Positions 9,254 to 18,204 of a stretch of 41,534 nucleotides of DNA are shown piece by piece. The position numbers and the translations under genes are program-made. Below the pieces are notes generated by a model. It ran no database searches, was not told the origin of the DNA, and saw only the letters and a list, made by a program, of their open reading frames with translations. Within the stretch, counting starts at the first letter, position 1; every line of letters begins with the position of its first letter. The stretch covers positions 1 to 41,534 of the forward strand of contig JBJOPW010000010.1 in the NCBI GenBank assembly GCA_046050355.1. Direction: 5' to 3'. Source of the stretch: Candidatus Parcubacteria bacterium. Lineage in GTDB: Bacteria > Patescibacteriota > Minisyncoccia > Phycocordibacterales > UBA918.

Positions 9254-9952
9254 TTACTTCCGGTGGAAGCCGGGGTAGAGCTGATAGAACTGGTCAATCT
9301 GGTGCTGACAGCCGAGCTCCTGCAGCGCGTAGTGGCACCATGACCGTGCTGAGGGGTTATCGCGGCCACGTTTCTCGGCTTCGCCAAGAATGTAATCCGC
9401 CACTTCACCTTCCTTGGCACGCTCGCATCTCGGTTCATCACCAAGCTTGCCGGCTGTGATCTTTGTCACCTCGCGAGCGCTGTCGAAGAAGAGAATGGAT
9501 TCTCCTGGACGAAGCCTGAAGAATTGCCGCTTGAATGGTGACTGGTGTCGCCCGGCTTGCAGCTTCAGCCCTGGTCCATCGGCTCCGATCCATGTTCCGC
9601 GCTTACAGAAGTGAGGTGCCGATTTGCCTTGGTTGAGCTGCACATGAGAATCAGACTTCACCAAAAGCAAGGTATGGTCTGCATCCTTTCTGAGGGAAGT
9701 CAGTTCATAGCTAGCTTCGTCCGGCAGGGTATCATTGTCTGCCTCGGACAGTTCAGCTTCGAACACCCAACCCAGACCACCAGGCATAATCTTGACGAGC
9801 TTCGGGTCGGCAACTCGTACTCGATAACCGAAGTGCCCCGATTGCACCTCGACATGGTAACGCGTACCACCGTCGTGGGTGGTGACAAGCGCAGAGTCCA
9901 TCTGCATTTGCACTGATCCGTGTCGTGCGTGCAACGTCCAACAATTTGTCAT
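9254..9952 (-). CDS. Hypothetical protein (232 aa), SD-led stand-alone cassette
   Basis: Open frame. GGAGG (9962-9958) lies 5 nt before ATG 9952. Promoter TTGCAT-17-CATAGT (10023-9995). Own terminator. Confidence 0.75.
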   Translation of the reverse strand: MTNCWTLHARHGSVQMQMDSALVTTHDGGTRYHVEVQSGHFGYRVRVADPKLVKIMPGGLGWVFEAELSEADNDTLPDEASYELTSLRKDADHTLLLVKSDSHVQLNQGKSAPHFCKRGTWIGADGPGLKLQAGRHQSPFKRQFFRLRPGESILFFDSAREVTKITAGKLGDEPRCERAKEGEVADYILGEAEKRGRDNPSARSWCHYALQELGCQHQIDQFYQLYPGFHRK

Positions 9953-10034
9953 GTGATCCTCCAAGATCTCTGCTCCTCAGTGAGCATTAGGAAAACTATG
10001 CAACAATGAGATAATTAATGCAATTTTCAACATT

Positions 10035-10063
10035 TTGACGCCTTTCGCCAGCACACGTATAAT
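10035..10063 (+). promoter_or_regulatory. Sigma70-type promoter of groESL
   Basis: TTGACG-17 nt-TATAAT. Confidence 0.8.
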
Positions 10064-10158
10064 GCCCGTGCGCAGAGGGCGGATTTTCTTTCTAAGTTGC
10101 CGCTCTTTTGAGGCGCACAATGGTAATTATTATATTTTCTAATTCTTTTGAGCAACAT

Positions 10159-10488
10159 ATGGCAGAAACAACACAGAGCGGAAGTCCAATCAGACCACTC
10201 GGCGACCGTGTCGTCGTTCGTCCGCTCACTGAAGTAGAAGCAGGCACTGTCTCAGCGTCGGGCATCATTATTCCGGATTCCGCCAAGAAAGAAAAACCGG
10301 AACAAGGTGTGGTCGTCGCAGTCGGTGCTGGAAAATGGAATGACGACGGCGATAAGCGGATGGTAATGGATGTCAAAGTCGGCGATAAGGTAGTGTTCTC
10401 TAAGTACGGCTACGATGAAGTGAAGGTAGATGGTAAGGAATTCTTTATTGTCGCAGAATCTAGTATTTTAGGCATTTTTAGCAATTAA
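10159..10488 (+). CDS. groES: Co-chaperonin GroES
   Basis: Motifs IRPLGDRVVV, SGIIIPDSAKKEKP, VKVGDKVVFSKYG. Confidence 0.97.
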   Translation: MAETTQSGSPIRPLGDRVVVRPLTEVEAGTVSASGIIIPDSAKKEKPEQGVVVAVGAGKWNDDGDKRMVMDVKVGDKVVFSKYGYDEVKVDGKEFFIVAESSILGIFSN

Positions 10489-10493
10489 GAGAC

Positions 10494-10611
10494 GGTCTAC
10501 GTATCTGGCAAATTGCTTTGTTGCTACGAATAAATATTTTTCACAGTACACCAACGTACAGCTCAAAATATTTTTTCTAGGCGCCTCGCATTTTACTCAG
10601 CTACTTAGACC
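10494..10611. repeat. Long imperfect palindromic element between groES and groEL
   Basis: Ends GGTCTA/TAGACC, inner arms AAATATTTT/AAAATATTT, apex GTAC-ACCAAC-GTAC. Confidence 0.55.
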
Positions 10612-10638
10612 TTGTGGTAACTCAAACAAATATTAATT

Positions 10639-12291
10639 ATGGCAAAGCAAGTAATTTACGGAGAAGAAGTAAAGAAGAAACTCCAAAAAGGTATCGACAC
10701 GGTAGCAAACGCCGTAAAAGTCACGCTTGGTCCGCGCGGGCGCAACGTGATTCTTGATCGTGGCTTTGGTGGTCCAACCATCACGAACGACGGTGTCTCT
10801 ATTGCGAAAGAAATCACCCTCAAAGACAAGTTTGAGAACATGGGGGCCGAAATCATCAAAGAAGTGGCGAATAAAACAAATGAACTCGCTGGTGACGGTA
10901 CCACTACTGCCACTGTCCTCACTCAGGCGCTCGTGAATGAGGGCCTGAAGCAAACCACCATGGGTCTCAATAGTATGGCCGTGCGTAGTGGTATGGAACA
11001 CGCAGCGAATGATGTGGTTGAGGCACTGCGTGGTATGGCCATCAAAATTTCTTCCATCGAAGAAATTAAGCAGGTGGCAACCATCTCGGCTGAGAGTGCT
11101 GAGCTTGGTGAGAAGATTGCTGAGACGATTGATAAAGTCGGCAAAGATGGGGTGGTGACCGTCGAAGAGTCACAGTCATTTGGTATCGAAACCGAACTGA
11201 CTGAGGGGATGCAGTTTGATAAGGGGTACGTCTCACCCTATATGGTCACGAACGGAGATCGTATGGAAGCAGTTCATAAGGGCGCACACATCCTCATCAC
11301 TGATAAGAAGATTTCGTCAGTCCAGGAAATTCTCCCGCTCCTTGAAAAGATTGCCCAGACCGGGAAGAAGGAGCTTGTGATTATTGCCGACGATGTTGAA
11401 GGCGAAGCCCTTGCCACCTTCGTGGTCAATAAGCTCAAGGGCGGCTTTAATGTACTTGCGGTCAAGGCTCCTGGCTATGGCGATCGGAAGAAGGAACTCC
11501 TCGCGGATATCGCGGTCACAACCGGTGGTCAGGTGATTACTGAAGAAATCGGCCTCAAGCTTGAAACTACCGAAATCGCGCAACTGGGTCGCGCAGACCG
11601 TGTGGTAGCGACCAAAGACCACACCGTGATTGTGGGTGGCGCCGGCGAGAAGGCGTCAATTATGGAACGTGTTGCTGCCCTCAAAGCACAGATGGAACAG
11701 ACGACTTCGAAGTTCGATAAGGAGAAGCTCGAAGAGCGAGTAGCAAAGCTCTCAGGGGGTGTGGCAGTCATACGTGTGGGAGCAGCCACCGAAACTGAGA
11801 TGAAGTACCTCAAGCTCAAGATTGAAGACGCGGTGAACGCGACGAAGGCGGCGATTGATGAAGGTATCGTGCCAGGCGGCGGAACCTCACTTGCCCGCGC
11901 GTCGGCGATTGTCGGAAAGAAGGTTGGTGAAAAGAAGGATTTCTCTGCCGAGGAGATGGTTGGCTACAACATTGTACTCAAGGCTCTTGAGATGCCACTG
12001 TGGCAGATTGCGCAGAATACCGGCAAGATTGATGGAGCGGTCGTCGTCGAAAAGGTAAAAGCGGCTGGAGGTAACGCCGGCTACGATGCTGCAAAGGGCA
12101 TCATGGTCGACGACATGATCAAGGCCGGTATCATCGACCCGGTGAAGGTCGAGCGGGCTGGGGTCCAGCACGCGGTCTCAGCAGCTGGTATTCTCCTCAC
12201 GAGTGAATGCGCAATAGCCGACGAACCAGAAGAGAAGATGGCGATGCCGGATATGTCACAGATGGGTGGTGGTATGGGCGGTATGTATTAA
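10639..12291 (+). CDS. groEL: Chaperonin GroEL
   Basis: Motifs [28 protein letters not shown] and a C-terminal GGM tail. Confidence 0.98.
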   Translation: MAKQVIYGEEVKKKLQKGIDTVANAVKVTLGPRGRNVILDRGFGGPTITNDGVSIAKEITLKDKFENMGAEIIKEVANKTNELAGDGTTTATVLTQALVNEGLKQTTMGLNSMAVRSGMEHAANDVVEALRGMAIKISSIEEIKQVATISAESAELGEKIAETIDKVGKDGVVTVEESQSFGIETELTEGMQFDKGYVSPYMVTNGDRMEAVHKGAHILITDKKISSVQEILPLLEKIAQTGKKELVIIADDVEGEALATFVVNKLKGGFNVLAVKAPGYGDRKKELLADIAVTTGGQVITEEIGLKLETTEIAQLGRADRVVATKDHTVIVGGAGEKASIMERVAALKAQMEQTTSKFDKEKLEERVAKLSGGVAVIRVGAATETEMKYLKLKIEDAVNATKAAIDEGIVPGGGTSLARASAIVGKKVGEKKDFSAEEMVGYNIVLKALEMPLWQIAQNTGKIDGAVVVEKVKAAGGNAGYDAAKGIMVDDMIKAGIIDPVKVERAGVQHAVSAAGILLTSECAIADEPEEKMAMPDMSQMGGGMGGMY

Positions 12292-12303
12292 TCTACATTT
12301 GTA

Positions 12304-12337
12304 AACAAAAAGACTGGCCGGGACCAGTCTTTTTGTT
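12304..12337 (+). terminator. groEL terminator
   Basis: AACAAAAAGACTGG-CCGGGA-CCAGTCTTTTTGTT stem-loop. Confidence 0.85.
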
Positions 12338-12343
12338 GCCCCT

Positions 12344-12373
12344 AAAAAGAAACGACCCTCACTCGGGTCGTTT
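12344..12373 (-). terminator. Terminator of the wHTH ORF 12399-12764
   Basis: AAACGACCC-TCACTC-GGGTCGTTT stem with an A-tract on the left. Confidence 0.7.
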
Positions 12374-12398
12374 AATTTTCTTCCATTCCTCTCATTGA

Positions 12399-12764
12399 TC
12401 AACAATTACGGTCAGGAAACCGATATCCTCGTCCGTAATGAGTTTCGATAAAGATTTTGCGAGCTTTAGGGTTTGATGGAAAAACCTTCTGTCTCAAGCA
12501 CTTTATCATGGCATCAACCGCTCTGTAACTCGACTCGCCATCGTCACCCCAAGCATCCAGAATTTGATTGCGCGTGACGATGTGTGCTGGGGGGGTCGTG
12601 ATTAGTAATTCAATCAGAAGCGACTCACGATTTGTTAAGACAATCTCACGACCAAACACAGACAGTAGGTCATTTGTTTGTCCAGGGCGTAGCTTCGAAC
12701 GTTTCCGTTCATTATGTTCTGTTGGAATAAAGCATATGCCCCGTCTCTGTACGATACTTCGCAT
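12399..12764 (-). CDS. OmpR/PhoB-type winged-helix DNA-binding protein without a receiver domain
   Basis: LTNRESLLIELL, VTRNQILDAW, RAVDAMIKCLRQK, IETHYGRGYRF. Promoter TTGACA-17-TACACT (12825-12797). SD GAGGT. Confidence 0.8.
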   Translation of the reverse strand: MRSIVQRRGICFIPTEHNERKRSKLRPGQTNDLLSVFGREIVLTNRESLLIELLITTPPAHIVTRNQILDAWGDDGESSYRAVDAMIKCLRQKVFPSNPKARKIFIETHYGRGYRFPDRNC

Positions 12765-12879
12765 GGCAACCTCGAAGACCTGATGTTCAGCGCAGCAGTG
12801 TATAGATATATGAGCTCTATGTCAATCTGTGTATTTCGTGGTATAATAACCATATTGTTAGAGGTAATATTTTTTGCGT

Positions 12880-13461
12880 ATGATTACGTGGATTGTACTA
12901 GGAGTAGTGGCAGTGGTGGGATTGTATTTAGTGGTAACGTACAACGGCTTTGTCGCGATGACCCAGCGCGCCAAAGAAGCGTGGGCTGATATCGATGTCC
13001 AGCTGAAGCGTCGTTATGATTTGATTCCCAATCTCGTTGAGACGGTAAAGGGGTATGCTTCGCACGAACGTGAGACGCTTGATGCGGTGACTGCCGCCCG
13101 GGCCGCTGCGACTTCAACCCATATTGATGCCGGGAACATCACCCCAGCGCAGATTACGGCGATGGCTGGTGCGGAAGGTGCCCTTGGTGGTGCTCTCGGC
13201 AAGCTTCTCGCGGTAGCGGAAGCGTATCCAGACCTCAAAGCGAACTCAAACTTCGCTCAGCTCCAGAGTGAACTCTCTGATACTGAAAATAAGATTCAGG
13301 CGGCTCGTCGTTTCTACAACGGCAACATTCGTGACCTCACGACTGGCCTCCAGTCATTTCCAGGTAATATCGTTGGCAGTCTCTTCAAGTTCACGGCGAT
13401 GCCATACTTTGAACTGCCGGAAAACAGTGTTGAACGTGAACCAGTAAAGGTTTCCTTCTAA
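12880..13461 (+). CDS. lemA: LemA family protein
   Basis: N-terminal TM; AWADIDVQLKRRYDLIPNLVETVKGY; AEAYPDLKANSNF; ARRFYN. Confidence 0.95.
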   Translation: MITWIVLGVVAVVGLYLVVTYNGFVAMTQRAKEAWADIDVQLKRRYDLIPNLVETVKGYASHERETLDAVTAARAAATSTHIDAGNITPAQITAMAGAEGALGGALGKLLAVAEAYPDLKANSNFAQLQSELSDTENKIQAARRFYNGNIRDLTTGLQSFPGNIVGSLFKFTAMPYFELPENSVEREPVKVSF

Positions 13462-13463
13462 GC

Positions 13464-14387
13464 ATGTGGACGAAGTCGGTCATGGTGGGCGAACAGAAAC
13501 TCTCGCGCTGGAGAGCTAGTTGGCTGTTAGTTAAAGAAAGTTGGCGCTTTTTGCGGGCCGATAGTGAACTCCTCTTGGTGCCAGTGATTGCAACTATCAT
13601 GATGGTGCTCCTGTTTGGTATACTCATGGTGACCCTCCTCGTGACGGGGATGATTGATGCCTTACAGAATGATTCGGCACTAGCCGTTCAAGGCACTATC
13701 TTTATTTTTGGGAGTTATCTCATCACCGCTTTTGTGGTCGCGCTCTCACGCGCTATGGTGGTCCATACGGTGGCCAAGCGGGCCGAAAATCACGACGCTA
13801 CCCTCAGGCAGAGCTTTGGGGTAGCACTTCGTCATGCACCCGCGCTATTTATCTGGGCGCTTATCAGTGCGACGGTGGGTATGGTGCTGCGCACTATTAC
13901 CGAACGCTTTGATCGACTTGGTCGCTTTATTACCGCTTTCTTAGGTGCGGCCTGGGGAGTTCTGACATACTTTGTGGTGCCAGCCATTGTACTAGATAAC
14001 AAACCAGCTATTCAGGCGGTGAAACATTCAGGTACAGTCTTCAAGCAGACTTGGGGTGAGAGTCTCATTACCAACATCTCGCTTGGTCTCATATTCTCTA
14101 TGCTCCATATGCTCGCTGCTCTTATGTTCTTTGCTGCCTTTATGATTAGTACCAAAGTAAGTATGCCGGTCATCTTTATTTTGGCTGGAGTGATGTACAT
14201 TATCTTCCTGTTTGGAGCGATTGCGGTACAGCAAGTGCTTGAATCGATTATTGTGACGCTCCTCTATGTCTACGCCACTACCAAGATACCGCCGGCAAAC
14301 TTCAATCCCGAGTTACTCGAGGCGATAGTGGTACGTACCGGCAACGTCACCGACACCACCATCCTGCCGTTAGCGAGCACCGTCTAA
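13464..14387 (+). CDS. Multi-pass membrane protein (DUF6159-like)
   Basis: About 6 TM segments; WGVLTYFVVPAIV and FKQTWGE motifs. Confidence 0.7.
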   Translation: MWTKSVMVGEQKLSRWRASWLLVKESWRFLRADSELLLVPVIATIMMVLLFGILMVTLLVTGMIDALQNDSALAVQGTIFIFGSYLITAFVVALSRAMVVHTVAKRAENHDATLRQSFGVALRHAPALFIWALISATVGMVLRTITERFDRLGRFITAFLGAAWGVLTYFVVPAIVLDNKPAIQAVKHSGTVFKQTWGESLITNISLGLIFSMLHMLAALMFFAAFMISTKVSMPVIFILAGVMYIIFLFGAIAVQQVLESIIVTLLYVYATTKIPPANFNPELLEAIVVRTGNVTDTTILPLASTV

Positions 14388-14398
14388 TATTTCTCACT

Positions 14399-14773
14399 AT
14401 GAGTAAAGTCTATTACAACAAACTCGTACGCGATGGCATCAAGGACAAGATAGAACGTAATGGCGAAACCTGTGAAGTCCGTGAGCTCACCGATAACGAA
14501 GAGTTTGAACAAGAACTCCTCAAAAAAGTGCGTGAAGAGGCCGAAGGTCTGTCGAAAGCGAAGAATCGCGACGAGTTCCTTGCTGAGTATGCTGACCTGA
14601 TGGCGGTACTCGATGCGCTCACACAGCTCCTTGAGATCCCCGAAGCCGATATCAGGGTGGCAATCACCGAAAATGTCGCGAAAAAAGGTCTCTACCAGAA
14701 GCGCCATTTTTTGCACTGGTCGGTAGCTGGTGAGTATCAGAGTAATGAAACGCCGCAGGGACTGTCTCACTAA
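14399..14773 (+). CDS. All-alpha NTP pyrophosphohydrolase (MazG-like, house-cleaning)
   Basis: YNKLVRD, LLKKVREEAE, EYADLMAVLD. Confidence 0.85.
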   Translation: MSKVYYNKLVRDGIKDKIERNGETCEVRELTDNEEFEQELLKKVREEAEGLSKAKNRDEFLAEYADLMAVLDALTQLLEIPEADIRVAITENVAKKGLYQKRHFLHWSVAGEYQSNETPQGLSH

Positions 14774-14774
14774 T

Positions 14775-16436
14775 ATGTATCGATTTCTCATCATTGGTTT
14801 TATCATTTGGGCACCGTTTTTGGCATCCGCTGAGTCGATACCGGTTTTTACCGCCCACTACCAAATTGAACAAGACGGTAGCGTGCTCGTGACCGAGAGG
14901 GTAACTTACGACTTTGAGAGTGAAGCAAGACACGGTATTTTTCGTAACTTGCTCCTCACACACCCAGATGGTGCGAGCACTTGGTACAAACAGCGGGTGG
15001 TTGAGCTAGAGGTAGTATCGGTTACTCGCGACGGTATCAATGAACCGTTTGAAATAACTGGTGGTACTGAGCGAGAAATCAAAGTTGGAGATGCCGATAT
15101 CACCATAAGTGGTCCTCATGTCTATGAACTCACGTATCGCCTCCGTGGAGCGCAGAGGCTTGCGCCTGATGGCACCGTCGAGCTCTACTGGAATGTGACG
15201 GGGCGTGACTGGCCGACTGCTATGAGGAAGGTCACCTTCACGGCGGCAGGCGCTGTGGGTACTACCGCGAGCTGCTATGTCACGAGTGGCGATTGTACGA
15301 TGAGTGGAAGTCATGTGGATGGTTGGTCCACTACCGTACTTGATATCGCCTCTAATCATGAACTAACTGTCGGCGTGAGTACCACCCTTGATCCATCGGT
15401 GGTGGTTGCCAAAGAAACTTGGCGGACTGATCTGATTGCGCTTCTCCTCATGATTCCGATGGCGATTGGTGCCATTATTGCGATGTATCGCTACGAGTAC
15501 TTTTATTATCGCCGCCGCCCGATTATTGCCGAGTACGAACCATACGAAGGGATAGAACCGATGTTTGCCGGCACACTCCTTGATGACAATCTTGGTGCAC
15601 ACGATATCACCGCTGGTCTTATTTATTTGGCTGAGCAGGGTTTTGTCCATATCAAACGTACTGAACGCAAAGTGGTTTGGCTCTTTAATGTCACTGATTA
15701 CGAACTGACGCTAAAGCGTCCTCTAGTTGAAATCCCGAGTGAATTCTTAAAACAAGTCCTGCTCCTCGTCTTTCCGTCCACAGCAGAAGTAGGTGCGTTG
15801 GTCCCACTTTCGAGTATCAAGAGTGATACCACCAAAAAGATAGCCAATAGCAAAACTATTAATGAATTATCGCAGGCGCTGCGGGCTGACCTCGTCACTC
15901 GTGGCTTTATGGAGAGTAAGCGCATTGTACCGCGGGATTATGTCATCATCGGATTGTTCTTTGTCCTCATCATTTTTGCGAGTGCCATACAGAGTGTGGT
16001 TGGTATTGTGTGGTACCTGGTACTCATGGCAGCTACGGTACTCTACGGTATCTACCTGGCGGTGACGTATCGTCGCCGGACGGCTAAAGGGTACGAAGCC
16101 ATGTACCACCTCAAGGGCTTCAAAGAATTTCTGTCGGTGACTGATAAAGAGCGGTTTGATTTTCATAATGCACCAGAGCGGAGTCCCGAGCAGTTTATGC
16201 AGTACTTGCCGTACGCAATTGCCTTTCAGGTGGAGAAGAAATGGGCAGCGGCCTTCGCTGATATGAAAATAACCACGCCTGATTGGTATGAGGGTGGTAC
16301 GGGCACTTTCGCGGCCACTGCCTTTGCGAGTGATATCTCAAGCTTCACGAGTAGTGTTACAAGTTCAACGAGTGCGTCTTCTGGTGGCGGCTCGGCTGGC
16401 GGTGGTGGGGGAGGAGGTGGAGGAGGATCCTGGTGA
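14775..16436 (+). CDS. DUF2207 family membrane protein
   Basis: Signal peptide; DGSVLVTE, HGIFR, ELYWNVTG, LPYAIAF; C-terminal GGGSAGGGGGGGGGGSW. Confidence 0.9.
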   Translation: MYRFLIIGFIIWAPFLASAESIPVFTAHYQIEQDGSVLVTERVTYDFESEARHGIFRNLLLTHPDGASTWYKQRVVELEVVSVTRDGINEPFEITGGTEREIKVGDADITISGPHVYELTYRLRGAQRLAPDGTVELYWNVTGRDWPTAMRKVTFTAAGAVGTTASCYVTSGDCTMSGSHVDGWSTTVLDIASNHELTVGVSTTLDPSVVVAKETWRTDLIALLLMIPMAIGAIIAMYRYEYFYYRRRPIIAEYEPYEGIEPMFAGTLLDDNLGAHDITAGLIYLAEQGFVHIKRTERKVVWLFNVTDYELTLKRPLVEIPSEFLKQVLLLVFPSTAEVGALVPLSSIKSDTTKKIANSKTINELSQALRADLVTRGFMESKRIVPRDYVIIGLFFVLIIFASAIQSVVGIVWYLVLMAATVLYGIYLAVTYRRRTAKGYEAMYHLKGFKEFLSVTDKERFDFHNAPERSPEQFMQYLPYAIAFQVEKKWAAAFADMKITTPDWYEGGTGTFAATAFASDISSFTSSVTSSTSASSGGGSAGGGGGGGGGGSW

Positions 16437-16462
16437 ATCCCTTCGTTACTCCTTGTGTTTCT

Positions 16463-16551
16463 GAAATACGAGGTCTTGCCTCGTATTTCAATTCATACCT
16501 AAATCAAATTACACCACATATTTTTGAAGTACGAGGCAAGACCTCGTACTT
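16463..16551. repeat. Inverted pair of REP-like palindromes
   Basis: GAAATACGAGG-TCTTG-CCTCGTATTTC (16463-16489) and AAGTACGAGG-CAAGA-CCTCGTACTT (16527-16551). The second is the reverse complement of the first with 2 mismatches. Confidence 0.75.
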
Positions 16552-16608
16552 GGACTGATTTAGGATTCCATTTGGTTGCCTTATAAAAACATTGTATAAT
16601 GCAGTCAT

Positions 16609-17502
16609 ATGGCAACAATGTATACCCACCAAGGAGCAAATATTAGAAAGACATGGTACCTCATGATTGGTTTTTTCATGATGGTGATTGCGATATCGTA
16701 TATCCTCGCCTTTGTCCTTGATAACCCAGCTATTTTATATATGGGAGTAGGATTGGCACTCGTCATGAACGTTGGTAGCTATTGGTTCTCAGATAAGCTT
16801 GTGTTACGGATGACTAACGCTCGTCAGGTGACTAAAGCTGAGGCGCCACTCTTGTACACCACCGTTGAGAATCTCTCGATTACCGCCGGTCTCCCAATGC
16901 CGAAGGTGTATGTCGTTGATGACGCGGCGCCAAATGCTTTTGCGACGGGCCGAAACCCCGAGCATGCGGTGGTGGCAGCCACTACCGGCCTCCTCAATAT
17001 CCTCGATAAAAACGAGCTTGAAGGGGTGATCGCGCACGAACTCGCACACGTTGGGAATCGCGATATGCTCGTGATGACGGTGGCGGTCGTGCTCGCTGGC
17101 TTTGTCGCGATTGTCGCTGATATGTTCTCACGCGCACTGATGTTTGATGGTGGTCGCGAGAATCGCAATCCGATCTTTCTTGTTATTGGTATTGTGGGAA
17201 TTATTCTTGCACCGATTGCGGCGCAACTGATGCAGATGGCGATTTCTCGTCGCCGTGAGTACCTCGCCGATGCTACTGGTGCGCTCCTCACCCGCTACCC
17301 CGAGGGACTCGCTAGTGCCCTCGAGAAAATCAGCGGTGCTGCCCGCCCAATGAAGTCAGCGAGCCACGCCACCGCGCACCTCTTTATCTCAGACCCATTT
17401 GCGGGCGGAAAGCCGAGTCTCTGGCAACGTGTTGGTGGACTCTTCCATACGCACCCACCGGCAGCTGAGCGTATCGCTCGTCTGCGTGCGATGGATGTAT
17501 AA
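16609..17502 (+). CDS. htpX: M48 zinc metalloprotease HtpX
   Basis: PNAFATGRNPEHA, HELAH (HExxH), SRRREYLADA, THPP. Confidence 0.95.
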   Translation: MATMYTHQGANIRKTWYLMIGFFMMVIAISYILAFVLDNPAILYMGVGLALVMNVGSYWFSDKLVLRMTNARQVTKAEAPLLYTTVENLSITAGLPMPKVYVVDDAAPNAFATGRNPEHAVVAATTGLLNILDKNELEGVIAHELAHVGNRDMLVMTVAVVLAGFVAIVADMFSRALMFDGGRENRNPIFLVIGIVGIILAPIAAQLMQMAISRRREYLADATGALLTRYPEGLASALEKISGAARPMKSASHATAHLFISDPFAGGKPSLWQRVGGLFHTHPPAAERIARLRAMDV

Positions 17503-17509
17503 TTAATCC

Positions 17510-18202
17510 ATGAACAAACATCTCGTTGGTGGAGTGGTGATAGTCGGGCTCGTTTCTCTGATTGCGATACTGTTTTTGAATCAACAAACCGCTGAGGCGC
17601 CACATGCCGAACTGGTTAGTCCGCCAGAGCAGATTGAAATTAGTACTACCACTGAAGTAGTTGCGACGAGTAGTGAAAGTGCAGCGACGCCAAAACCACC
17701 GGTGAGTACCACACCAAAACCACAAAACACTTTTTCCGGTACTCTGACTGAGGTTAATACTGGCTGCTTTGCTGACGGTGAGTGTTTTGCGGTGGTTGGT
17801 GGTAAACACGTCACCTTAGTGATTGGTCGGAAGCAGGAGGTGTCGGGGAGTGTGGTTGGGGCGCCAAGTATTGGTGACCTCGAATCATACATCGGCGAGA
17901 CTGCGACCGTGTATGCCAAGGCACTCCCTGACGGTACCTTCACCCTCTATGGGAACACCTCATACTATCTCGCGGTGACCCCAAAGACGACCAAAGGTTG
18001 TGTCGTTGGCGGGTGTAGCTCGCAGCTCTGTGGTGAAGAAGGTCAGGATCTCATCAGTACCTGCGAATGGACAGCCAAGTACAGTTGCTACCAAAAAGCC
18101 ACCTGTGAACGGCAACCGAGCGGGCAGTGTGGTTGGACGGAGACCCCCGAACTCTTGCAGTGTATTGCTGATGCGGACAGAGGTCGACTAGATATAGAGT
18201 AA
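17510..18202 (+). CDS. Membrane-anchored surface protein with a C-terminal eight-cysteine cluster domain
   Basis: N-terminal TM and a Pro/Thr linker. C-terminus CVVGGCSSQLC...TCEW...CY...C...CGW...C contains 8 Cys. Confidence 0.75.
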   Translation: MNKHLVGGVVIVGLVSLIAILFLNQQTAEAPHAELVSPPEQIEISTTTEVVATSSESAATPKPPVSTTPKPQNTFSGTLTEVNTGCFADGECFAVVGGKHVTLVIGRKQEVSGSVVGAPSIGDLESYIGETATVYAKALPDGTFTLYGNTSYYLAVTPKTTKGCVVGGCSSQLCGEEGQDLISTCEWTAKYSCYQKATCERQPSGQCGWTETPELLQCIADADRGRLDIE

Positions 18203-18204
18203 AT

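Noticed and set aside
10020-10158. CIRCE element upstream of groES
   Set aside because: No TTAGCACTC-N9-GAGTGCTAA match.
12861-12865. GAGGT as an SD for lemA
   Set aside because: It lies 14 nt from the ATG, outside the usual spacing. It remains a possible exception to the SD-less pattern.
16375-16436. GGN-rich tandem repeat
   Set aside because: It encodes the normal Gly-rich C-terminus of DUF2207 proteins.
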